Source: a virus
Taxonomy: Duplodnaviria > Caudoviricetes
Reading direction: 5' to 3' (one strand)
Length of the DNA: 33,096 nucleotides
IMG/VR virus record: IMGVR_UViG_3300025671_000259
Span: 1-33,096 of that record
Shown: one piece after another, positions 26,309-32,818 of the stretch
Layout: each line of letters begins with the position of its first letter
Numbering within the stretch: position 1 is the stretch's first letter
Made by a program: the position numbers and the translations under genes
The notes under the pieces: generated by a model
What the model was told of the DNA's origin: nothing
Seen by the model: only the letters and a program-made list of their open reading frames with translations
Databases searched by the model: none

Positions 26309-26333
26309 TTGAGGGGGGCAAAGCCCCCCTCAA
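26309..26333. other. Perfect 11-bp hairpin between SSB and nuclease genes (no U-tract)
   Basis: TTGAGGGGGGC-AAA-GCCCCCCTCAA. Confidence 0.75.
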
Positions 26334-26340
26334 TATGTCA

Positions 26341-26823
26341 TTAGAACGGGATTTCGTCGTCCATCTTAGTGGGTTTAGAGGACTTGTCGGAGCTTCCTTC
26401 ATTATCTGAAGCGAGCGGTTTGAAGCTCTTAATCTCCGTCTGCTGACGTTGGTTTCCATCTCTGTCTTGCCATGGTTTGCCCAAGCCAATGTAGACCTGA
26501 CACTTCAGACCTACCAAAGTGGAAACATCATCTGGTTTGTCAGGGTTTGGGTGGCCCCCCGCAACCAGAAATGACTTCAACTGACGCAAGCCGATCTCAA
26601 CAGCTTGCGCATTTGAATGGTGGACATTGAAGTTCATTCGAATGTCACCCGCACCATCGACGTCTTCGAAGTCTGCGACCACGCGTTTGTTTGCGCTGTC
26701 GCCGATGCTTTCGACCTTCGCCGATGTGCATTTTACTGTGTAATTACCTGTGTCCAGACGACGGGAGCCTTCGCTCTCCTCAACCTTTGAAAGGTCTAAG
26801 TCTCCAAAACCACTCCAACTCAT
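26341..26823 (-). CDS. Single-stranded DNA-binding protein (DUF669-like)
   Basis: OB-fold-like pattern, acidic C-terminal tail DDEIPF; next to Sak4-like ATPase. Confidence 0.82.
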   Translation of the reverse strand: MSWSGFGDLDLSKVEESEGSRRLDTGNYTVKCTSAKVESIGDSANKRVVADFEDVDGAGDIRMNFNVHHSNAQAVEIGLRQLKSFLVAGGHPNPDKPDDVSTLVGLKCQVYIGLGKPWQDRDGNQRQQTEIKSFKPLASDNEGSSDKSSKPTKMDDEIPF

Positions 26824-27626
26824 TTTTCATCTCCTATCTTTTTGTCAGATTGAGCCGATTGATATTTCTCCCACTCGTCGTCTGGCATAGACATGCGAGA
26901 CAGGAGTTCAGTTACGTCATCCACCTTTTCATATGGCTTCAGACGTTGGCGGGGATCACGAACCTTGCCGTGCCATCCGCTTGCCTCATCAGTCACGACG
27001 TAACGTGAAACCTTGGGCATACCTTGGTCGTTCTTTTCCGTCGTGCGCACACCGCACAAGACGTGGTCGAACAACGCAGGGATTTGCTTCGCCACCTTCT
27101 GGCCTTTTACAAATGGCCAATACTGGGTGACATCGTTTGCGTCTTGCTCTTCAGCAGCAAGGCAGGTGACATAAACGTGCATGTCCAGATCGCGTATCCA
27201 TTTCAGGGTGCCGATCATCATCCGTGAGTAGTCTGCCCATAGCTGAAAGCCGTTGTTGTTATGCTTATGCTCGACCTCTAGGTGTTCGATCAGGCGTTCA
27301 GCCAGTTCGGTCAAGCTGTCGATGGCGATCCATTTGTAACCTGCCTTCTGAAAATCTTCAGTGGCAATCATCTTACAGATACCTCGGTAAGAATACACGC
27401 CGCCCTCTGGATCGTGGCTGCCATCCCATGAGGAGAATGGAACGTAGTCGATGTCGACGTCTTCGACAGACTTCAGTCCGCTTTCGCCTGAGATAATCAA
27501 GCCCTTTCCAAAGCGCTTTTGATAGTACCGACATTGGTACGTTTTACCGTACCCATGGTGAGCGTAGAGCAGCACCTTTGTGGGGCCATCCTTTGTAATG
27601 GATGACGTCTTGGGGAAATTAAACAT
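26820..27626 (-). CDS. AAA_24 / Sak4-like recombination ATPase
   Basis: KVLLYAHHGYGKT Walker A variant, ESGLKS, WIAIDSLTE Walker B, IPALFD. Confidence 0.85.
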   Translation of the reverse strand: MFNFPKTSSITKDGPTKVLLYAHHGYGKTYQCRYYQKRFGKGLIISGESGLKSVEDVDIDYVPFSSWDGSHDPEGGVYSYRGICKMIATEDFQKAGYKWIAIDSLTELAERLIEHLEVEHKHNNNGFQLWADYSRMMIGTLKWIRDLDMHVYVTCLAAEEQDANDVTQYWPFVKGQKVAKQIPALFDHVLCGVRTTEKNDQGMPKVSRYVVTDEASGWHGKVRDPRQRLKPYEKVDDVTELLSRMSMPDDEWEKYQSAQSDKKIGDEK

Positions 27627-28053
27627 GTGGGATCACCTTAATTTTCGGTTTGTCTAGCTTTCGAGTGAGAGCAAATTTCAGCTTCTCCTGCTCGCTTGTT
27701 GGAAGTTTAAGGAACTTCCGCTTGTCTACGGTCAACGACCGCTTGACGTGATCGGGCAAGTCACCTTGAGAGAATGCTTTCTCCAATGCTTCCTTGTCCC
27801 ACGTCCACCGCTCAGAGCGGTTGACGACGACCTCAAAGCTGTCCGTCGACATTGCGAGTTCGCCTGCCTCTTCTGGAAAGACATACGCAATTTCTGTTTC
27901 GACTTGGGCTAAGAGAATGGTCAGAGCTTCTAGCTGATTAGACACCTCAAGGTGTTGCTTCGCTAAATCCTCCAGTGTTTTACTTCGCTCGGAAGGTTTG
28001 GGGGTCTTCTTGCCTATGCTATCAAAGACATCCCATTCATCGCTTTCGATCAT
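27619..28053 (-). CDS. Hypothetical early protein (144 aa; coiled-coil N-terminus)
   Basis: AGGAGGAG SD before ATG 28053; first gene of leftward operon. Confidence 0.75.
   Translation of the reverse strand: MIESDEWDVFDSIGKKTPKPSERSKTLEDLAKQHLEVSNQLEALTILLAQVETEIAYVFPEEAGELAMSTDSFEVVVNRSERWTWDKEALEKAFSQGDLPDHVKRSLTVDKRKFLKLPTSEQEKLKFALTRKLDKPKIKVIPHV
27942..27955. promoter_or_regulatory. Operator palindrome ACACC-TCAA-GGTGT (intragenic)
   Basis: Perfect copy of the motif at 28103 and 30600. Confidence 0.55.
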
Positions 28054-28091
28054 ATGCTCCTCCTGTGAACTCACCAGCTACAAAATCGTTT

Positions 28092-28140
28092 GGTGTCTTG
28101 TCACACCCACAGGTGTAGTATATATGATACAAGGTGTCAA
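28092..28140. promoter_or_regulatory. Divergent early promoter region with operator ACACC-CACA-GGTGT (28103-28116)
   Basis: Plus: TTGTCA(28098)-N17-TATATG; minus: TTGACA(28140)-N17-TACACC; extra GGTGT half-sites at 28092 and 28133. Confidence 0.65.
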
Positions 28141-28158
28141 CAACATGGAGTAGATAAA

Positions 28159-28386
28159 TTGTCTGCACGATTGAACATTGAAGCGTTGATCTGTGATCTT
28201 GGAGGAGCAGCCGAAGTGGCCAAGATAGCAGGTGTGGTGCGCACTGCCCCGTATGGGTGGGTGAAACGTAACTACGTTTCCAGTTCAGTCTTGGAGAAAA
28301 TCAAAACTGCCAAACCTGACATTGACTTAGACTTATACTTTCACGAGGTGGACGATGACCAAGACAAAACTGGAGGCCGCACTTGA
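28159..28386 (+). CDS. Cro-like HTH DNA-binding protein (75 aa, TTG start)
   Basis: LGGAAEVAKIAGVVRTAPYGWVKR HTH; GGAG SD; first gene of rightward operon. Confidence 0.75.
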   Translation: MSARLNIEALICDLGGAAEVAKIAGVVRTAPYGWVKRNYVSSSVLEKIKTAKPDIDLDLYFHEVDDDQDKTGGRT

Positions 28387-30265
28387 GTATTTGGATCGCG
28401 GCTGGGCCGTTATCCCTATCAAGGGCGACAAGAGACCCGCAATAAAGTGGGCAGATTTCCAACAGAGGCACCCGACTGAAGAAGAAGTCATAGACTGGTG
28501 GACCAAGTGGCCAGACTATGACATCGCAGTCATCACAGGTGAGATAAGCGGCATCGTCGTGGTCGACTGTGACAACGAAGAAGCCGTGGACGCATCCCAA
28601 GAAGCGGGAATGCAAAGTCCAATCAGGGTGAAGACCAAGCGCGGTCTTCACCTTTACTTTGAACACCCAAAAGATGGCATCCGTCGTGGCCCACGGGCAG
28701 GTGTGAACAGCAGAGGAGCGGACTGGCCAAAGATCAATGGCCTAGACTTCAGAGGGGACGGCAGCTATGCGCTGCTTCCCCCATCCAACAACTATGAATG
28801 GATAATACCGCCATACATGGACTGGGATGAGATGCCCATGTGGCGTGACTGGCGTCCGACGCTGAAGGAAGACCGTCTTACAGCAGACTTCACTTTCTCA
28901 AAGCTCGACCTGTCTTCGATTGATCCTCTTGATCCAGACGAGTTCATCAGTGAATGGGATCGCACCGCCAAGTATGTGATCGAACACTTCCCATCCACCA
29001 AAAAGATACCAACTGGTGCAGGCAATGGACGCAACGAGCGTGTGATGCGGTACATCAGCGAGAGTATTCTGGAAGGTTTCTTTGGGCCAGAGCTACGCGT
29101 GCGTGGCTTCGCCTTTATGAATGAGTTCTTTGAGGAGAGCCTAGACGAGCGAGAGTTCGAGGCGACGGTCCAGTCTATGGAGCAGGCTGAACGTCGTAAC
29201 CATCCCGAACGCTTCGACGACAAAGGCCAGTACATATACAGCCGTGACTTGGCCCCAAAGAAAGAAGAAAACAAGAAACGCAAGCTCATTCAGATGCGGG
29301 ATGCGGAGCAACTTTTAGAGGAAGCAGACGCAAAAACCTATTTGATAGAGCCGTGGCTTCCTGCTAATACAATCGTGCAGGTTTTCGGATATTCTGGGCA
29401 TGGGAAATCCTTGTTCGTGCAGCACGCTGTAACGGCGTTATGCGCAGGAAGGAAATACTTTGGACCGTTTGAGATCGGTCGACCTGCACGAGTTCTCTAC
29501 CTCGACTTTGAAATGGGTATGGCCACGATTGCCAGACGTCTGATGGAGATGCGCCAGATACACGGCGACACTCAAGACCGCCTGAACATCTGGACGCCAT
29601 TCATCGAGGGACGGGAGATCGACTTGCAGACGCGGGAAGGTCTCCTCGATCTACAGGAATGGATCAAGTTCGCTGGCCCAGACGTCGTCGTGATCGACAC
29701 CATCCGCTCTGCATACCCAGGGATGGCAGAAAATTCGGCAGACGAATGGGCCAAAGTGAACAAGCTGGCGGTCACGCTGCGAAACTCTGGTCTTGCTGTT
29801 ATCCTTATTCACCACAGCAACAAGCCGTCTGAGAGTGGCGTCGGCAGGGAAGCTGGCTCAACCAACCAGTTGACCGTCTTGGAGACGCAGATCAGGGTGG
29901 CTCAAGTCTTCAGGGATGAGGAGACGGCGAAGCAAAACGCTGGCCTGTACGACAATAACTATGACAACCCCGTCTGGCCATTGCTGGAGAGCAAGCTGCC
30001 GCCAGAGTATCGTCTGTATATGGTGATGGAAATTAGGTACGGCAAAGTCCGAGAGTGGACTGATCTGCATGACCGTGTGCAATGGATTGGATACGCGGCG
30101 CACAACACAACAGACGAGAAGATCGTCGTGAGTAGCAAGTCCACCAAGCAGCGTGCAAAAGACATGGCCCTAGAAGGTCTGTCTGCTCCTGCTATTTCCG
30201 ATAAGCTGCATCGACCTCTACGGTTGGTCCGTGAGTGGCTCGAACTTCGAGATACTTCTTCCTAG
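28355..30265 (+). CDS. Bifunctional primase-polymerase fused to AAA_25/RepA-like helicase, with C-terminal HTH
   Basis: VVVDCD, TKRGLHLYF, DFRGDGSYALLPPS; GNGRN; Walker A GYSGHGKS, VLYLDFE, Walker B VVVIDT, ILIHHSNK. Confidence 0.92.
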   Translation: MTKTKLEAALEYLDRGWAVIPIKGDKRPAIKWADFQQRHPTEEEVIDWWTKWPDYDIAVITGEISGIVVVDCDNEEAVDASQEAGMQSPIRVKTKRGLHLYFEHPKDGIRRGPRAGVNSRGADWPKINGLDFRGDGSYALLPPSNNYEWIIPPYMDWDEMPMWRDWRPTLKEDRLTADFTFSKLDLSSIDPLDPDEFISEWDRTAKYVIEHFPSTKKIPTGAGNGRNERVMRYISESILEGFFGPELRVRGFAFMNEFFEESLDEREFEATVQSMEQAERRNHPERFDDKGQYIYSRDLAPKKEENKKRKLIQMRDAEQLLEEADAKTYLIEPWLPANTIVQVFGYSGHGKSLFVQHAVTALCAGRKYFGPFEIGRPARVLYLDFEMGMATIARRLMEMRQIHGDTQDRLNIWTPFIEGREIDLQTREGLLDLQEWIKFAGPDVVVIDTIRSAYPGMAENSADEWAKVNKLAVTLRNSGLAVILIHHSNKPSESGVGREAGSTNQLTVLETQIRVAQVFRDEETAKQNAGLYDNNYDNPVWPLLESKLPPEYRLYMVMEIRYGKVREWTDLHDRVQWIGYAAHNTTDEKIVVSSKSTKQRAKDMALEGLSAPAISDKLHRPLRLVREWLELRDTSS

Positions 30266-30449
30266 CTTTTATTTCTTCTGGCGTAAGGTGGCGGACTGAC
30301 GTCACCTTCGCCTCTGGGAAGTGGTCTCGAACTCTATCAACTAGCTCTGCTATTTCTGGATACTTGCGACGGTTTTCCTCGACAAGTTTCTTCCGCATAA
30401 GCTCTTCGTAACGTAGCTTATCTGCGGCTATTTCTTCCTTGGTTGCCAT
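30192..30449 (-). CDS. Hypothetical protein (85 aa), convergently overlapping the prim-pol 3' end
   Basis: Natural-looking charged helical sequence; candidate promoter TTGACT(30591)-N16-TAAAAT upstream on - strand. Confidence 0.6.
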   Translation of the reverse strand: MATKEEIAADKLRYEELMRKKLVEENRRKYPEIAELVDRVRDHFPEAKVTSVRHLTPEEIKARKKYLEVRATHGPTVEVDAAYRK

Positions 30450-30461
30450 GTTTTCTCAGAA

Positions 30462-30570
30462 TTAAAATCGTCTAGGCGTGTGACTTTGTCACCTCGACGT
30501 TGCTGTCGTTTCACGACCGAGGCAGGCACTCCCGTGCCTGTCTCGGCCTAACGTCTCGCGACGATTTTAA
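30462..30570. other. Branched inverted-repeat element (candidate origin or structured RNA)
   Basis: Outer 11-bp IR TTAAAATCGTC/GACGATTTTAA enclosing GTGAC-TTT-GTCAC, GACGTT/AACGTC, GTCGT-TTC-ACGAC and a 13-bp CCGAGGCAGGCAC-TCCC-GTGCCTGTCTCGG stem. Confidence 0.6.
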
Positions 30571-30590
30571 CTTTTCTGATGGGAAAGTCA

Positions 30591-30641
30591 ACACCTTTGA
30601 CACCTTTGGGTGTTGATTTTTAGTAGTGTTACTTATACATT
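30591..30641 (+). promoter_or_regulatory. Sigma70-like promoter TTGATT(30613)-N17-TACATT with operator ACACC-TTTG-GGTGT (30600-30613)
   Basis: Consensus-like hexamers; tandem ACACCTTTG x2; upstream of HTH/Zn-finger gene. Confidence 0.65.
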
Positions 30642-30675
30642 TGCACCATGAACAACTGTGCGACAAGGAAATATC

Positions 30676-30969
30676 ATGCCAAAGATGGTTCACGTCTCCG
30701 ACGCGGACCTGAGTTGGCTCAAAGATAACCATCACGAACACTCTTACCACGACATGGCCAAGCGTATTGGATGCTGTGTCGACACCCTGAAGAGAATACT
30801 TGTACGAGAAGGTCTTCAGGAATTTGACGGAGCCAAGTATCAGGTTCGCACAATCGACAAAACTAAAATATGGACACGTCCCTGTATGTCTTGCGGGGAG
30901 GAAGAAGAGCGTCCTCGGTTCTGGTACTTCTGTCGTAGCTGTAGGAAAACAATGGGATATACGGAATGA
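30676..30969 (+). CDS. HTH plus C4 zinc-ribbon protein (97 aa); candidate late-gene activator
   Basis: AAGGA SD; SYHDMAKRIGCCVDTLKRIL HTH; CMSC..CRSC. Confidence 0.7.
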   Translation: MPKMVHVSDADLSWLKDNHHEHSYHDMAKRIGCCVDTLKRILVREGLQEFDGAKYQVRTIDKTKIWTRPCMSCGEEEERPRFWYFCRSCRKTMGYTE

Positions 30970-31346
30970 CCAAAGCGCATAAGCGTAAGGGCGACGCATA
31001 TGAGAGAGAGTTAGCAGCATACATCAACGACGCAACAGGACTTAACTGTTCTCGCGCACCCCTATCAGGCGGGGGAAAGGTCGGGATGCACGGCACCGCA
31101 GACTTGATCGGAACGCCAGCACTATTCGTCGAAGCCAAACGAGTAGAGCGATTAAACTTTCACGACGCACTCAAGCAAGCAGAAACCAACATCCAAAAGA
31201 CGAACAGCATGTGCATGCCCGTCGTCGTCAACAGACGATCCAGAATGAAGACGGGCGAAAGTCTCTGCCTCCTAAGACTTGACGATCTCCTCAAGCTCTA
31301 CCGCTGTTACCTCGTCCTCAACGGCTATACAAAGGACGACCACTAA
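30966..31346 (+). CDS. Holliday junction resolvase (Hjc-like PD-(D/E)xK)
   Basis: KRKGDAYERELA, ADL, FVEAKR, ALKQA, PVVV motifs. Confidence 0.82.
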   Translation: MTKAHKRKGDAYERELAAYINDATGLNCSRAPLSGGGKVGMHGTADLIGTPALFVEAKRVERLNFHDALKQAETNIQKTNSMCMPVVVNRRSRMKTGESLCLLRLDDLLKLYRCYLVLNGYTKDDH

Positions 31347-31364
31347 CGTCTTCGATGCCATAAT
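31332..31364 (+). promoter_or_regulatory. Putative late promoter AAGGACGAC-N18-CATAAT
   Basis: Motif copy at end of resolvase gene, ahead of the basic-peptide cluster. Confidence 0.7.
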
Positions 31365-31385
31365 CCTCAAGAAAGCGAGGACATA

Positions 31386-31661
31386 ATGGCTGCAAAGAAG
31401 AAGAAACGCTGTAACGTATCCCTTTCCGTCAAGCGCGGAGAGAAGAAACCTGCTTCTCAGGGCGCAGGTCTGACCGCAAAAGGTCGTGCCAAGTACAACA
31501 AAGCGTGCGGCTCCAAGCTCAAAGCCCCCCAACCATCTGGCGGTTCTCGCAAGAAATCCTACTGCTCACGCTCCGCTGGCCAGATGAAGATGCACAACAT
31601 CAGTTGTTCCAAGACGCCAGAGAAACGTATCTGCGCAGCACGCAGACGTTGGAAGTGCTGA
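31386..31661 (+). CDS. Small basic Cys-containing protein (DUF6321-like)
   Basis: GAGLTAKGRAKYN..LKAP..GSRKKSYCSR..RRWKC pattern; GAGGA SD. Confidence 0.7.
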   Translation: MAAKKKKRCNVSLSVKRGEKKPASQGAGLTAKGRAKYNKACGSKLKAPQPSGGSRKKSYCSRSAGQMKMHNISCSKTPEKRICAARRRWKC

Positions 31662-32230
31662 TGGCAGACCCCAAAGACATAGCAGATGAAATCTTCAAGT
31701 GGTCTAACGAAGTTATCGAGACACCACTAGAAGTCTTCGGTGGCCTCCCCGCCTGCCCGTTTGCACGGGCGGCGTGGGAGCGACAAAACGTCATGCTTCA
31801 CGTTCTCTACGACATCGACGTCATCACCGACATCAAGATCGCCATCAACCCCTTCGCTCCCAACGTACACATCTGCGCATGGGTAGACTACGACGAGATG
31901 ACAGCCGACGAGTTCCAAGCATGGATCGACCACCACAATGAGAACCATTTCGGTGTCTGGCTCATGGGCTTTCACCCAGACAGCGACGAAAATGTAATGA
32001 CACCCGAGTTCGATGGCCTCGTTGAGGACGACTACGCCCTAGTTCTTGTGCAATCATTGCAACATCTGGTGGAGGCGTCTGACAAACTTCGTCGCACAAG
32101 TTACTACGACGCATTCTCACCAGAGGACATGTCATACATCAACTACCGCAAGGAGATTTACGATGCGTGGAATGAAAAAATCAGTTCGCAAAAAGCCTTC
32201 CTCTACCAAGAAGAAGAAGCGATAAACTAG
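31661..32230 (+). CDS. Acidic hypothetical protein, DUF1415-like (189 aa; start ATG 31661)
   Basis: TGATG coupling; W..EVIE..CPFA, GFHPD and LVQSL..L.EAS..L..TSYY motifs. Confidence 0.7.
   Translation: MADPKDIADEIFKWSNEVIETPLEVFGGLPACPFARAAWERQNVMLHVLYDIDVITDIKIAINPFAPNVHICAWVDYDEMTADEFQAWIDHHNENHFGVWLMGFHPDSDENVMTPEFDGLVEDDYALVLVQSLQHLVEASDKLRRTSYYDAFSPEDMSYINYRKEIYDAWNEKISSQKAFLYQEEEAIN
32163..32225 (+). CDS. Nested 20-aa basic peptide MRGMKKSVRKKPSSTKKKKR
   Basis: AAGGAG (32150-32155) 7 nt before ATG; alternate frame inside the 3' end of the upstream CDS. Confidence 0.45.
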   Translation: MRGMKKSVRKKPSSTKKKKR

Positions 32231-32239
32231 GAGGCCACA

Positions 32240-32419
32240 ATGGCAAGAATGCGTAAAGACAGAGGCGTCGTCTTCGGCACATCTGCAACATCTAGCCGCA
32301 ACCAACCAGTGATGGGCGGCAACCAGTTCCAAAATGCTTCGAACGTGTCGTCGCAGTTCGGTTCATCCCTATCCCGCACCCCAGTCTACTTGGGTCGTCA
32401 ACGGTCGATGCGTCGATGA
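32240..32419 (+). CDS. Small basic protein, 59 aa (MARMRKDRGV...RQRSMRR)
   Basis: AGGAGG SD; stop overlaps next ATG. Confidence 0.7.
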   Translation: MARMRKDRGVVFGTSATSSRNQPVMGGNQFQNASNVSSQFGSSLSRTPVYLGRQRSMRR

Positions 32420-32526
32420 AGTCACGTCAAGTCAAAACAGTCGGTCGCAAGACCAAGTCAGCCAACATGCAGCACGACATATGTCCCTGCGTCTTGGCTA
32501 ACAACAAAAGGAGTAAGTCCAAATGA
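32416..32526 (+). CDS. Small basic protein, 36 aa (MKSRQVKTVG...CPC...KRSKSK)
   Basis: ATGA coupling at both ends. Confidence 0.55.
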   Translation: MKSRQVKTVGRKTKSANMQHDICPCVLANNKRSKSK

Positions 32527-32690
32527 TGGGTCGTAAAAAACCAATGCGTCGTGGCGGCGGAGGCATGCAAGCCCCAAGCCCACAGCAACGTATGCAGGCG
32601 AAGATGATGTTCGAACGCATGTCTCCCGCCCAAAAGCGCCAGTTCGCAGCAATGCGCAACGCCATGGCACAGAAGATGGGCCGCCGCTAA
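32523..32690 (+). CDS. Small basic Met/Arg-rich protein, 55 aa (MMGRKKPMRRGGGG...)
   Basis: AAGGAG SD; ATGA and TAATG coupling. Confidence 0.7.
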   Translation: MMGRKKPMRRGGGGMQAPSPQQRMQAKMMFERMSPAQKRQFAAMRNAMAQKMGRR

Positions 32691-32818
32691 TGTCCCTCGT
32701 GCGCAACATAAACAAGCGCAAGAGGGCAGGGACCAGTAGGCCGAAGTCGCGATCAACCGTGTCCGCAAAAGCATACGCGGACATGAAGAACAACTGGGGC
32801 AAGAAGAAAAAGAAATGA
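32690..32818 (+). CDS. Small basic protein, 42 aa (MSLVRNINKRKRAGTSRPKS...WGKKKKK)
   Basis: TAATG and ATGA coupling; K/R-rich. Confidence 0.7.
   Translation: MSLVRNINKRKRAGTSRPKSRSTVSAKAYADMKNNWGKKKKK

Noticed and set aside
26309-26333. Intrinsic terminator
   Set aside because: Strong stem but no U-tract on either strand; kept only as an unexplained hairpin
28074-28386. Lambda-type CI/Cro lysogeny switch
   Set aside because: The divergent leftward gene has no HTH or S24 peptidase motif and no integrase is in the window; lifestyle cannot be called
30462-30570. tRNA gene (cloverleaf-like folding)
   Set aside because: No T-loop GTTCRA, no 7-nt anticodon loop, and stem lengths do not fit
30571-30592. 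Hammerhead ribozyme core (CTGATG..GAAA)
   Set aside because: Core reads CUGAUGG rather than CUGANGA and there is no stem II between it and GAAA
14107-32032. Other GGACGAC occurrences (14107, 32026) as promoters
   Set aside because: Mid-gene Asp-Asp codons with no -10-like hexamer at 18-19 nt
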